DNA of 64,000 nt from Vicugna vicugna (taxonomy: Eukaryota), in assembly GCA_013265495.1 (NCBI GenBank), contig MU057711.1, positions 2,182,844 to 2,246,843 of the forward strand, in the 5' to 3' direction. The notes below the pieces were generated by a model that worked only from the letters and a program-made list of their open reading frames with translations, was not told where the DNA came from and searched no databases. Of this stretch, positions 44,911-58,200 are shown one piece after another (the first letter of the stretch is position 1; each line of letters starts with the position of its first letter). The translations under genes and the position numbers were made by a program.

Positions 44911-46574
44911 AAGAGGCTGAGTTTTTGACCAGCCTTGACTTTCGACGTGCCTTCCTTGCTGAGCTTAATCATTTCTAGCTTTCAACTTACAGTGAGAACG
45001 TGCGACTCTTCCTTTCACTCGAACACGTAGAGGTCATTGAAGGGATATTATTGGGCTTAATGCCAATATCATTGTGTCTTAGGGAACAGGGGGGCCCGAG
45101 GAGAAGAGATGAACAGAACAGCCTGCTGGTGGAGCTGTCAGAACACACACAACTTTATCAGTTAAGTTCACCATCTTCTATACGTGTGGTTTGTGGTTCC
45201 CCAAAACAATTACAATAGTAAAGACCAACGATCACTGATCACAGATCACCGTAATAAATATAATAATAATGAAAAAGTTTGAAATATTGTGAGAGTTACC
45301 AAAATGTGACACAGACATGAAGTGAGCAGATGCTGTTGGAAAAATGGCACCAATAGACTTTCTCTACACAGGGTTGCCATGAACCTTCAATTTGTAAAAA
45401 GCGCCGTTATCTGTGAAGCGCAGTAAAACGAGATATGCCTGATTTAACTTATATATTGGACATGAGCAATTTTAGCTCTCTCTTCTCCGTATTCAAAAAT
45501 TCTTTGTTTTCAGCAACAAAAAAATTGTCCTAGTTTAAACCATCCTTTTTGAGGAGCACAGCACTCCCTCTCCTTGCCTTTTTAGTTTTACACAGATTCA
45601 TCATATGTAGCTAGTCCATATATTGTCCCCTTCAAAATAAAATCTGTCATTGTCTCTGTCTTGTTACTGCTTAGATGCCTTTCTAAGCATTTATTTCAAT
45701 TTCAAGGAGACTGTGACACTGACGGATTGTCTGCTACCAAAGAAATTCTTGGTCCTTTGGATGATTCTGCCCCAGGACTTGGATTGTGGAGTCAACACAA
45801 AGTCAAGGGTTAGTGAGATGTTCATGGTGGAACAAGAGGCCTGTGGTCACACTGGTGTCCTCTTTTGGGGGGCAGCTTCTCATTAGACAGTTCCTATGGC
45901 TGCACCAGGTCCCTGCTGCCCTGTGCCTGCTTTTCCTTTCAGAACCTGATCCTCCCGCCCTCTCATTGGTTTTGTGAGCTACCCTACAACTTTATAATAA
46001 ACTGTATTTTTGAAAGCCATGCTTTTTTTTTTTTTTTTGCTAGCTAGCAGCATGAAAACCCTGATTGAGATGTATCCTTCTAGAGCTTTTCTGGACACAG
46101 CCACCTGCACCTACATGAATACATTGTTTGTGCAATAGGAACATAATGTTCTGCAACCTGGCTTTTTCCTTTAACAGTAATTCAAGGATGTACTGTCGTG
46201 TTAGATTCGTGGTTAGTTTTCGGGTGAACCTTGCTCTTTGAACTTGAAAAATTACTTGATTTCCACTAGATGTTCTATTAGATCTTGGCTTGATAGTTTG
46301 GGGTGAAGTTTGCTTTTCTAGGCCTATTCTTGAGACAGCACTTTTAAACATTCTTTAGAGTCTTCTAGTGGTTTGGAGAATTGAATCTCCTCATTTCCGT
46401 TGGACCTAGTCCCAAATTCGTATTAAAAATAAACCCACAGAAATTACAAGATGAGGACCAAAGATTTTTAGAAATTTTGTACTTGCTTCACAGTAGTAAT
46501 TCTTAACCTTTTTCGAATCAGTAATTATACTGAGAATCTGATGAAAATCATAGACCCTTCAAATAAATGCACTG

Positions 46575-47045
46575 CATTAGTTTTTCTACTGTGTATCAAA
46601 TTGCCCCAAATTTAATAGGCTAAAATAACAAAATTTAATATCTCACAGTTTCTGTGGATCAGGAATTCAGGAGCAGCTTATTAGCTGGGCGGTGCTGCCT
46701 CCCGATCTCACAAATTGCAGTAAAGGTGTCGTCTGGGTCTGCAGTCATCTGAAGGCTTCACTGGGCTGGAGAATTTTTTCCAAGGTGGCCCATTCACGTG
46801 ACTATTGGCAGGAAGCCTCAGTCCTCATGACACAGCAACTGGCTTCCCCCAGAGTCAATATTCCAAGAGACAGAGAAGGAAAAGGCTGTGATGCTTTTTA
46901 TAATCTATTTTCAGAAGTAACACACCATCAATTCTGCCATCACTTCTGCCATGTTCTTTTTGTTGCAAGTGAGCCACTAAGTCCAACCCACACTCGGGAG
47001 AGGGGAATTAAGTTCCACACCTTGACGGAAGGAGTGTCAAAGAAT
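46575..47045 (-). mobile_element. MLT1-family MaLR solo LTR
   Basis: cattagtttttctactgtgtatcaaattgcccc...tctcacagtttctgtggatcaggaattcaggagcagctta...ccacaccttga. Confidence 0.75.
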
Positions 47046-47332
47046 TGATGGACATATTTTTAAAACCACCATATACATATACATATCTTCATTCTGCATC
47101 AGAGTTCAGAGTGTTTATGGATTTTTTTCAATTCACCCATGGACATCGGATTGAGAATTGTGATTTTATATTGAGCTGGTTACTCTTCCAACTTTAAGTC
47201 AAAAATTATTCCAAGCACTTCTAAATGCAATTGTCTATTAACAGATTTCTTTATTCATTTAATCTTTAGTGTTTTATTAAACAAATATTGCCCCCATTTT
47301 TACCTTTTCTCCACATTGGGGTGAGAGTAGTC

Positions 47333-48215
47333 TTTTTTATTTTATTTTTTAAAAAATTGTTATTGAAATATAGCTGATTTAAATGTTGTGTTCGTTTCTA
47401 GCATACAGCAAAGTGATTCAGTTACACACATATTATGGTCTATTACAGGATATTGAATATAGTTCCCTGTGCTACAATAGGATCTTTTATCTATTTTGTA
47501 TATAGTAGTTGGTATCTGCTAATCCCAGACTCCTAATTTATCCCTCTCCCCGCCTCTTTCCCCTTTGGTAGACATAGTTTGTTTTCTCAGTGTCTGTGAG
47601 TGAGTCTGTTTCTGTTTTGTAAATAAGTTCATTTGTATCATATTTTAGATTCCACATATAAGTGATGTTGTATGGTATTTGTCTTTCTCTGTCTGATTCA
47701 CTTCACTTTGTATGATAATCTCTAGGTCCAACCATGTTGCTGCAAATGGCATTATTTCATTCTTTTTCATGGCTGAGTAGCATTCCATTGTATATATATA
47801 CCACATCTTCTTTATCCAGTCTTCTGTCAATGGACATTTAGGTTGCTTTCACATCTTGGCTATTGTAAATAGTGCTGCTGTGAACACTTGGGTACATGTA
47901 TCCTTTCGAATTAGAGTTTTCTCCAGATATATGCCCAGGAATGAGATTGCTGTTTCACATGGCAACTCTACTTTTTGTTTCCTAAGGAATCTCCATTCTG
48001 TTTTCCATTGGCTGCACCAATTTATAATCCCACCAACAATCTGAGAGGTTTCCCTTTCCTCCACACCCTCTCCAGCATTTAATATTTGCAGACTTTTTTT
48101 TCTAAATGATGGCCATTCTGACTGGTGTAAGATGATACCTCATTGTAGTTTTGATTTGTACTTCTCTAATAGTCAGTGATGTTGAGCATCTTTTCACATG
48201 CCTATCGGCCATCTG
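47333..48215 (-). mobile_element. L1 ORF2 C-terminus plus 3' UTR (Laurasiatheria/artiodactyl type)
   Basis: Minus-strand ORFs WIKKMWYIYTMECYSAMKKNEIMPFAATW and FTAALFTIAK. Confidence 0.9.
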
Positions 48216-48409
48216 GGAGGGTAATCTTTTTGAAACATGAGTTAAGTCATGTTGCTTCCTTGCTTTTATGCTCTAGCACTTTGATGGTTCCCATTATCCA
48301 TGAGATAAAGTTCAAAATCCTTGCCATAAACTGCAAGTAGCATGATCACATGTCCAGGCTTGCCTGAGAGTCCAGCATAATTATTAACATAAGTCCAGGA
48401 CTCTGTTTG

Positions 48410-48860
48410 ACTATCAGAAGAGCCCTGGATTAAGATTAAGGGAAACTAATAAGACAGCATAAGACCCAAGATTGGATCTGGGACCAGCATAGAAGCAGCT
48501 ATAGTGGAAATAACTAAGATGACTGACCAAGTTGAATTTGTAACGTGGACTTGATAATAGTTTTATCACTGTTAAATTCCTGATTGGATCACTGCGTTTA
48601 TGAAAGGGAATGTCCTTGTTTTTAGGAAATACATATTGAGGCACTTAGGAGTAAAGGAGCATGATGTCTCTGACTTACTCTCATATGACTCAGAAAAAAA
48701 AATCATCTATATATAAATGTAAAGAGAAGTAAAGCAAATGGGGCAAAATATAAACAATTGGGTAAAGGGTACCTGGAACTTCTTTGAATTATTCTTGCAT
48801 TTTTCATTAATTTGAAATTAAATCAAAATTAAAACTTAGGAAAATAATGTTTTTTTAAAT
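48410..48860 (+). mobile_element. Old L1MC-type 3' fragment
   Basis: ttggatctgggaccag...gaatgtccttgtttttaggaaatacatattgagg...gaaattaaatcaaaatt. Confidence 0.6.
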
Positions 48861-49586
48861 AGGGGAAAAGAGGTGCTCCAGTTTAGACATTAAATTAGAT
48901 GGTCATCCTAACCATATGTGGTCTGGTCCTGTTTGACCCTCTGATTTCTCCTGTTCTGCTACTGCCTTTTTCTCTAAGTTTCACCCATTCTGTCCTTTAT
49001 TCAGTGGTTTGAATGCACCACGCTCCTTTGTGTTCTGTGTGTATGCATACCCACCGTCTGGCTTCTGTTTCCACTTAATCTACTTAACTCTTACTCATCC
49101 TTCAAAACTCAGCTCAAATAGCAATTTCATAGGGAAACTTTCTCTAATCCTCCAGACAAGACCAGGAGCTGGTGTTCTAGATGCTCATAGCATCTTGTAC
49201 TATATACCCTTCCTTCACAGCACTTCATTCTTGATCAGAATGTTAGCACTTGCTGAACTGTGTACCAAGCACTCTACTACTGAGGGTACCACGGTAAGAA
49301 AAATAGACATGGTCCTCCTTGTGTTTACAGACCTTGTGGATCAGTAGGAAACAGACATAATCAATGTAAAATTACAAAGTGAAAAGTGCTACAGAGAGGG
49401 AGTATATGCTGCTGTGAAGCCATAAGAGAGATTTGATCTAGCCAGGGAGGTCAGGGGAGGCTTACTTGGAGAGGTATTAACTAGGTAAGACAGTAAACTA
49501 GGTGAAGAAGTAGGGAGAACAGTTCCCAGGAAGAGAGAACAGCCTGTGCAAAGGTCCTGGGGCCAGAGGGAGTGAGGCAAAGATAA

Positions 49587-49638
49587 GAAATTGACAAAAC
49601 ATTGTAAACTGACTATACGTCAATTAAAAAATAAAAAC
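49587..49638 (+). mobile_element. Very short young L1 3' end
   Basis: agaaattgacaaaacattgtaaactgactata plus an A-rich tail. Confidence 0.65.
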
Positions 49639-49759
49639 GCATTGCAACAGATTGAAAGCAAAAGCAGCAATACTGGAACCAGCTTTCAGCCACAAAAAAG
49701 AGTTAGCAGTCTAACTCTCATTGGATTTTTTTATGAGATAAAAATTTACTACAGTTTAA

Positions 49760-50925
49760 ACCAGTTGATGCACATATTCTGTTATTTGTACAGAGTTAAA
49801 GTAGAAAACATGATTATCTTAATAGGTGTGGAAAAAGCATTTGACAAAAATCTAACATTCTCAGCAAACTAGGAATAGAGGGAAACTTTCTCAACCTTTT
49901 AAAGAACATCTACAAAAAACTAGAGCTAATGTCATACTTATTGGTAGAAGACTGAATTATTTCTGCCTAAGATCAGAAACATGGCAAGGATTTCCATTCT
50001 CACTTCTTTTATTCAGCATCACGTTGGTGATCCTAACCAGAGCAATAAAGCAAGCAAATCAATAAAGAAGACATATGTATCGGAAAAGAGGAGGTGAGAC
50101 TGCCTTTGTTTGCTGTTGACATGATTATTAGAAAATCTTAAGGAACATACAAAAAAGCTACTAAAAGTAATAAGTAAATTTGGCAAGGTCGCAGCATACA
50201 GGATTAATACATAAAAGTCAGTTGTATGTCTATATACTAGGAATACATTTAAAAAAGAAATTCATATAACAATTCTATTTATAATAGCATCCAAAAACAT
50301 ACTTAAGAATAAATTTATAGAGGACATTTAATATCTGTACATTGAAAACTACAAAACATTGCTGAGAGAAATTAAAGGAAAGCTAAATGAATGGAGAAAT
50401 ATACCATGTCAGTAGATTGGAAGATGACACTTCTCCCCAAAAGGATTCAAGGCAGTCCCTGTCAAAATCCCAGCAGGCTTTTCTGTAGAAATTGACAAGC
50501 TGACTCTAAAATTTGTGAGGAAAAGCAAAAGACTTAAAGTATCCAAAACAACTTTTAAAGAGAAGAACAAAATTAGAAGACTTATACCACCTGATTTTAA
50601 AACTTACTATAAAGCTATAGTAATTGAGACAGTATGGTATTGGCATAAGGAAAGACATAGAAATCATTGTAACAAATTGAGAGTTTAGAAAGAGACCCAT
50701 TATTTTTAAATGTTTCATTTATTTATTAACAGAGGTCTTGGGGATTGAACCCAGCACCTTGTGCATGCTAAGCATGCACTCTACCACTGAGTTTTACCCT
50801 CCCTCTAGACCCATAATTGTATGACCAATTACTTTTCCACTAAAGTGCCAGATTAATTCGATGGAGAAATAATAGTCTTTCCAACAAATGGTGCTAGAGT
50901 AACTGATATCTATACAGGAAAAGAC
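49760..50925 (+). mobile_element. Old L1 ORF2 (reverse transcriptase region) fragment
   Basis: Degenerate MIILIGVEKAFDK, tttgctgttgacatgatt (FADDMI-like), gtatggtattggcataa and ttccaacaaatggtgct motifs. Confidence 0.88.
50705..50806 (-). mobile_element. Vic-1-like SINE, short form, inserted in an old L1
   Basis: tRNA-like head on the minus strand; TSD agacccatWatt at 50693-50704 and 50807-50818. Confidence 0.87.
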
Positions 50926-50959
50926 CTAGATTCAAGAGTCAAGTTTTAATAAACTTTAA

Positions 50960-51232
50960 TATTTTTTACTAACTCATCAGGTTAAGTGCTGCTGACTATT
51001 TTTTTCTGTAAGTGCATGATAGGGAAGAATACAGTGACTATTAGTACAGGAGGTGCCAGTGCCTTGATTGATACTGGCCACCAACAGGTTTACCCACCAT
51101 TGCTTTTGTGCCCCCAGTGCCAACGTGTCAACACAGAGACAGAGGCAAGTGATGCTTTAGCATCGTTGTGAAAATAGTTTTGACCTTGTAGGCCCCTGAA
51201 AAGGATCTATGGGACACAGTTTGAGAACTACT
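50960..51232. mobile_element. hAT-Charlie family DNA transposon end fragment
   Basis: gaaaatagttttgaccttgtaggcccctgaaaaggatct...cacagtttgagaactact terminal motif. Confidence 0.55.
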
Positions 51233-51331
51233 CGTCTAGAAAGAGGTAGAGAAAAGGAGGAGGACTGAGACCCTTAAAATCTAATATTTAATGGCCTGGT
51301 TGGAGGAAGAACCTAAAAGGATACATAAGAG

Positions 51332-51478
51332 AAGAGGGTAGAGCTCAGGGGTAGTGCGTGTGCTTAGCATGTGCAAGGTCATGTGTTCGATCCCCAGTAC
51401 CTCCATTAAATAAAGCATAATAATAATAAATCAACCTAATTACCTCCTCCTCCAAAATCAAAACAAAACGAACTAAAT
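51332..51478 (+). mobile_element. Vic-1-like SINE, long form
   Basis: tRNA-like head plus acctaattacctcc tail; TSD ggatacataagag at 51319-51331 and 51479-51491. Confidence 0.88.
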
Positions 51479-53564
51479 GGATACATAAGAGTAACCAGAG
51501 AGGTAAGAGAGAAATCAGAATGGGTAAAATCAGGGACACTAAGGGATGCTGCTTTCAGAAAGAGAAAGGGGCCAAGAATGTGGAATACAGTTAAGGTCCA
51601 GGAAGAGGAGAGATGAAAAATGACCACTGATTTAGTGACTCGGATGCCACCTGTGACGGTAGCAAGAGCTACTTCCATGGAATGATCAGGTCAGAACTCA
51701 GACTTGGGGGAGTTGGAGGAGTGTGGGAGGAGAGGGAGTGAAGCTGGGGCAGAGACCAGCCTTCAGAGAGATTTGTGAAGGGAAAAAAGGAGACAAGGCA
51801 GTCGCTGAAGGAAGGAGTCCCACCTGTTCATTTACTATAAATGAATACATGAATGAATTGGTGATGCTTTGGACCTGGAGGACAGAGCGAGAGAAAATCC
51901 CAAGGCGATACTGGTTTCCAGCTTGTGGAACTAATTGATTAGTGGACTATTTGTCAAGATGGGCAGCCAGTCCCAAAGGAGGGGGAACATACCTGTAGTT
52001 TACCTGTAGTTTGAGTTGAGGAAGCATTTACCTAGGAAATCTTAACTTCCTTTTTAAAGAAATTGGTTTCCCCCGCCAGACTTCAAAACCTGCTTACTGC
52101 TTCTGTTGGTAACAAACTCTCAGAGTTTCAAAATTTTAGTGAATACTCTTTTTAAAGCTTACCCCTTCTTTGAGTTAAAAGTTCACCTTAGTTTTATTAT
52201 CGAACCAAAAAAAAAAAAGTTATGTCTTCATATAGTGGAAGATTCTCAAATTTTACCCTGTTAGAGAATTTATATCTTTAATTAAAACTATTTTGGCCCA
52301 CTTAATTGAGCATTTTCTTATTTTAATGAACGGAATTAAATTGAGTCATTTTTTTCAATGCAGAGTGAAAAGTTATAAGCAAGTGGTTTCTAGTATTTGC
52401 TTAAATATATTTTTAGCCTCCCTAGTCTCATATAGGAACCCTAATTATGAGAACACAGTTGTCCTAAAATTTTAACATTTTCATCAGTGTACGCCTGTCC
52501 ATGAAAAGAACAAATTCTTTTTAAATAAAGGAGTACAGCCTTCAATTACTCCCATTTAGTATGAATGAAGCCAGGAAAAATACATTCCTACTCTCATTTG
52601 TAGGAACCTATTTCCTGAGTTTATTCAACATAAAAATAACTAAAGTAATTCAAGTAAAATAGGAAGAAATGAAGATTTTTGTGGAATGAATTCTATTGAA
52701 CGAAAGGAATAGTGGATTTGTTTTTAGGGCCATGAGATTTTAAATTATAGATAATGGAACAAGTAGAGAACATGGAGCTGAGAAGATTTCATGAAAGTGT
52801 TTGAAATAGTTGCCTTCCGTTTTTCCTTTTTTATTTCAAAGATTAGTGTACAAGCCAGAAAATAAGTGTAAAATCATGGCAGTTTTTTTTAAGACATTAC
52901 ACCCTCTAAGGAGATAACTCTCTATTGTGCAAAGATTTTCATTAAAATTTACACAGGAATTTAATGCATTACACAATTTGATAAAAATAAAACGAATAAG
53001 CTACCGAAAAGAAAAAAATTAAGCCATATGAAAGATATGGAAGTTTTCACTTTTGGTCTTCCACTTTGACCTTGAAGTATAAAGTAGAATAAGTTCTGAA
53101 AAATTCAGAAGATGACATTTTCCATTGCTCTGTTGAAAGAAGTTATATTTCCTTTCAATTTTTTAAAGTTATAGTTAATAAAATAGGTGTTACATGTGTA
53201 TGTGAAGTAGTTCACAACTTCTTCGACCAAGAAACAACGACCAAGAAAATCCTAGAAAAGTTTTTCTGCCTCCTTGTTCCTCTTCCCAAAAATAAGTACC
53301 CATACTGGTTTTGCATGTATCCATCTAGAAATGGTCTTTGCATGATAAAGCTCATACTTGCATGTGTCATTCCCCTGTTTTGTAAACAAACGTCCGTGTA
53401 CTCTATACCTCTCAATAGCTTCATGTCGTTTGTTAATATCTTAGACACATTTCCACATCAACACATATAGAACTGCTCCCCACGCCCCCCTTTTTTTCAG
53501 TAGCACCACAGAATTCCACTCAAGGGATGGATTCACGATTTAATTAGTCTGCCCTTGGAGAGGG

Positions 53565-53800
53565 ACGCAGCACTGCAAGGTCAAGAGATCAGACTCTGGA
53601 GCCAGACAGTCTGGGTTTGAATCCTGCCTCTACCGCTCTCTCACTGTGTAAACTTAGACAAATGACTTAATTTCTCTGCCTCAGTTTTCTCACCTGAGAA
53701 AGGGAATACTGGCATCAGGCACTTAATAGGTTTGTTGTCGAGGATTGGGTTAATATTTGTAAAACACAGAACAGTGCTTAACATATATTAAAAGCTATAC
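53565..53800. mobile_element. MIR SINE
   Basis: gactctggagccagacagtctgggtttgaatcctgcctctacc...gcctcagttttctcacctg. Confidence 0.8.
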
Positions 53801-54437
53801 AAATGTTTCTTACCTAGAGAGATGTCTAGATTGTGTCCAGTCTTTTGCTGCCACAGACAATGCTGTGGTGAATGTTCTAGTACTTGTGTGAATATCTATG
53901 CACAAGATAAGGAGGAGCTATATATATATTATATATAACATATATAATAATGTCCCTTTATCAGAGAGCCTTCCCACACCCTCATCTGAAATAATGCACA
54001 CTATGCCCCCTTATTCTACTGTATTTTTTCTTTAGTACTTATCATCATTTGATATGTACATTTATTTAGGACATTATATTTTGAACTCCACAAATTGGTC
54101 CAGATCTCTGCTCTTTACATTTGGAGAGAAGGATAACAACCAGAAACCTGAGAAACAGCCTGTGTTCAGGTTTTTTCATTGCTTTAAAGAGTGCTTTAGA
54201 CAGAGCCTGGCATCTGGAAGCCGCATGTTGTGTAGGGCTCCCCGCGCCCTTTCCTGCCAGTCCTGGAAGGTGAGGAAGTCTTTGTTACTGCCATCACGGG
54301 CTTGCAGGGTCCCTGCAGAGAATGAGAGGCCTGTGGGTCTCTGTGATGTGTAATGACGTAGGCAGCCGAATACATTCTGGAGGAAACAGGAGAAAAGAGG
54401 CAATTAACCCTACTTGGAAGTTTCAGGGAGAGAGAGA

Positions 54438-54892
54438 CGTGGCAGATGCCGTCCTGCAAGATCTACCCTGATCCTTGCCATTCTGGCGCACACCAGCCTG
54501 ACTGCCGGCTGCCAAGCTGCACATTTCCTGGCCCGAGGACTTTCTTTGGCCTCCAGGTCTTTCTTTGCCCCAGCATCACCAGTCAGAAATACAAGAAATG
54601 GATGAAACGTCTCCCTTCCCCATCCCTCTGTGATGGCTGGCAGGCGGAGGTGTATGAATACCCAGCACACTTGCCCCCTGAACCGGGTGGCTCTGAGGTC
54701 CCAGCATTCTCCTGCAAGATTAAGCCTTACTTACTCACACTGGTACCCTGCTTGAAAACAGACCTTTTATCGCTGAGACCTTCCCCATCTGGCTTCCCCT
54801 CGCCCCACTGGGATCACCTCCCTCATGAACTGTTTGCATTGAACCCTTGGTTTAGTGTCCACTTCTGGAGGAACCCAAAGCAACACAAGACA
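54438..54892 (+). mobile_element. LTR16-family (ERVL) solo LTR
   Basis: Starts gtggcagatgccgtc; ends ctgggatcacctccc...cttctggaggaacccaaagcaacacaagaca. Confidence 0.72.
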
Positions 54893-55262
54893 TATTTAAG
54901 TTATGTTTTAAGGGGAATAACGGTGTGTGTGTAAAATTTGTTAAGTTCACACATTTACATTCTGGGTGTGCAAGAGTTTTGTACTTTAGCCATACCCATG
55001 GAGTAGTGCTAGTCAGTGTGCAGTTATCTTGGATTTCTTGCCATAGGATGGAGGAGAATTCTTATTTTCATTTATCAAACTAATTTCCTTCTGTCGATAT
55101 TAAAAATTGCCTTACTCCAGCCCAAATGTCTATTTAACAGAAATTAATTTGATAATCAAATAAATTCTATCTAGACCTAATTAGGACCAGAACAATGTAA
55201 CTGTTTGAACTGAAAAAACAAAAACAAAAACAAAAAAATGAATATTAGAAAATCCTAGTGTT

Positions 55263-55382
55263 GGAGGGAGGAGATAGCTCAGTAGTGGAGCATATGCTTA
55301 GCATGAACAAGGTCCTGGGTACCTCCATTAAAAAAAAAAAAAAACCTAATTCCCCCCACCACCAAAAAAACAAAAGAAAAGG
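55263..55382 (+). mobile_element. Vic-1-like SINE with B-box deletion
   Basis: gatagctcagtagtggagcatatgcttagcatg...ggtcctgggt|acctcc, A tract and acctaatt tail; TSD-like aatcctagtg/aatactagtg. Confidence 0.8.
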
Positions 55383-56639
55383 AGAATACTAGTGGGAGAA
55401 TATGATGGTCCTCTCTACATTCGTCATGTCATTGCCAATAACATGGGAAGTAAATTCAAGAGGGAAATCTTCCACCCAAAGACTCAAAATTGCTGGTACA
55501 TTCTGAGATCCAAGCAACGAACCTCAAAGCTGATTTCTGAGATCTAATCCACTAGTGTGTGGATGGAAATACTTGCCGAACTACATGTGAAATTGCACTT
55601 GAAAAGGCAATTGATAAGTCCTTGTCTAACAGGAATGAGATGAAATGCGATACTGGAAAATCAGAGCAATACATCCTAGTCTGAAAAACAATGTTTTAGT
55701 CCAGGAGGGACAACAGGTATAAAAAGTGTAAGAACGTGCTTACCTAAATTGCACCTTCATTTCTGCATCTGTCAAGGGGGATCACCTTGATGATTACTTG
55801 GGTAGGTCTGGGGATTAATCTAGAAAATAATAATAAAATATTTATGAAAGGACATACTTTTAATAAGTAGAATGGCACGGAATTCTATGAAAACCTTCCT
55901 TACAGCGGTGTTTATGATAGCAAAAGATTGCAAAAGAAGGTGAATCCATAGAGATATAAAGCATATTCATGGTTGCTAGGGGTTGGGTTAGGGAGCAGGG
56001 GGAGTGACTGCCCACATGGGGTGATAAAGATGTTTGGAGCCAGAGGGAAGTGATGGCTGAATAATGTTATGAATGCACCAAGTGCCACTGAACTGTACAC
56101 TTCTAGATGAAGTGGTGAATGTTTTTCTATGTGAATTTACCTCCAAAAAAAAAAAGTAACACCTCCACCTAGGAGTGAGGGTGGGCAAAGAACAAACAGT
56201 ACGGAAGGGGATAAGGAACAAATTCTTCCTCCTCATGCTCCAAGTCCACTCCTTGGATGTAATGACTGCCAATGGTTTCTTCTAAATCCTTCCAGAAAAT
56301 AGTGATGCTTAAACTTTTTTTTTCTTTTACAGAAGTTGGATCATACTGTACACACTTCTCTCACCTTGCTTTTTTCACTTAATGATATATTTTAGTGAGT
56401 TCCTCATGTCAGTATGTTCAGTGCTGGCCCGTTCATTTAACAGCTGCAAAGCAGTATTTTATTGACTGAGTGCACCTTAATTTGTCTGACTAGACCCCTC
56501 TTGATGGATACTTAGGTTGTTTTCAGTTCTTGGCTACTGCAGACAATCCAATTTTAAATATTCTTACTGAAAGTTCTTTGTGCACGTGTGCAAACACATG
56601 CGTGGGATAAATCTCTAAAACTGGATTTGCTGGGCATCA

Positions 56640-57030
56640 TGCACTAGAGTGTGTCCCTAATTCCCTGCCCTCTGCAAAGTCCACATGTTGAAATCCTAAC
56701 CCCCAATGTGTATTTGGAGATAGAGTCTTTAGGAAGGTGACTAAGGTTAAATGAAGTCATAAGGGTGGACCCTAATCAAACAGAACCAGTGTCCTTTTAA
56801 GGAGAGGAAGAGACTCCAGAGACCTCTCTCTTCCTGTGTGTGCACATTTAGGACACAGGGAAAAGATGTCATCTACGAGCCAAAAGGAGAGTTCTCACCA
56901 GAATCCAACTCCTACAGCACCTTGATCTTGGACTTCCAGCCTCCAGAACTGTGAGAAAACAAATTTCTGTTGTTTCAGGCAGCCACCCAGTCTGTGATGT
57001 TCTGTTATGGCAGCCTGGGTAGACTAAGAC
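56640..57030 (+). mobile_element. MLT1A/B MaLR solo LTR inserted in an old L1
   Basis: atgttgaaatcctaacccccaatgtg...ggacttccagcctccagaactgtgaga...gttatggcagcc..gactaagac. Confidence 0.85.
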
Positions 57031-58169
57031 CTTGGGACAGAAGACTTAAACATTTTAAACTTGATGGATAGGACCAAAATAATCCACTGAAACATTTGCT
57101 CTGTTTCACAAGGCTTGTGTCTCCCATATCCTCACCAGCACTGGGTATAATCACACTGTTCAGTCTTTGTCAATCTGAGAGACACACAAAAAAAGTACCT
57201 AATTTTAATGTATGCTTGAAATTGAGTTTTTTTTTCAAATGTGTGTCTGACATTTAAAGAGTGAATCCTTTATCCTCCATCTCCATCCCTGGAAGCCCAT
57301 TATGTGTTATTACATGAAAGCTCGTCCAACTCCGCGGGGATGTTTCAAGCAACTCTCTTATTCACTTTCCATTTCCTCTCACTTCTTTAATAATTCATGA
57401 GTTGAAATGGCTATAAAGGAATAAAGGTAAGAGAACATTATTGGCAGGGGTCTCTCGTATTTGGTAGTAAGATATTTAATTCAGTGATTTGGGAAAATGT
57501 GCTATAGGTCATATAATATTATAGATGAATGTAGGCTTCCACTAGAGTCAAATTTTCTCAACTGCCTGATTGCAATATGAAATGGATTTGAACGGTTTTA
57601 GAACAGAAGTGGTCATTACTTGTGTCCAGCAGGCTGTTAGGAGTAAGAATGAGGAGGATGTGTAATTTTTGTTCTTTGAGATACGTTAGGCTAGCTTCCC
57701 CCGATCATTGTTCTTTTCTCCTTCTCGTCACTTGGGAGTGCAAGGATGTGTCACCTGGACCCTCTGCTCCAGGGGCTCGCAGGTGCCCCATTCGAGTTAC
57801 GCATCCCATATGCCTGTCCTCCAGTTGCCTGCATTCCTGCCAATTGAAAAAAGATGGGCTACCATGACATATATAGATTAGAATACACACCCACACACCC
57901 ATGGACCACTGGACTGTGAGCAATGCCCTTGTCCCCAGTGTTAAACGTCAGTGGAATGAGTGAATGAGTGTAGGTATGAGTGACTGAATGGCCATAATGC
58001 CAATTAGTTAAGTATCCAAATGCTTCTTGGGAAGGATGTGACTTCAGCCAGGAGACTGAGCACAGCTCTTGATCTCCATAGGATTCAAAGTCATGACCTT
58101 GTAGCCACATTAGCAAAATGCATAGCTTGAACAGATTGATCAAGCCCACCTATGAAAAACTGAAATATT

Positions 58170-58200
58170 TCACACACACACACACATATACACACTCACA
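58170..58200. repeat. (CA)n microsatellite
   Basis: cacacacacacacacatatacacactcaca. Confidence 0.8.

Larger units (their letters stand above)
42031..45441 (-). mobile_element. Near-full-length Tigger1 (pogo-like TcMar DNA transposon), interrupted by an L1 3' fragment and the FBXO27-like retrocopy
   Basis: Terminal inverted repeats caggcatacct.. and ..agatatgcctg, with TA before the left end. Minus-strand transposase remnant [25 protein letters not shown]...GGYTKQQVFNVDKTAL..KKMPSRTFIAR..SKDRLILLLGAN contains stops. Confidence 0.92.

Noticed and set aside
51990..52012. Short tandem duplications such as acctgtagttt x2 (also near 11521 and 31833)
   Set aside because: Two-copy slippage duplications with no spacer structure; not an array or CRISPR-like feature.
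54446..54934. 162-aa ORF
   Set aside because: Coincides with an LTR16-like solo LTR; no recognisable protein features.
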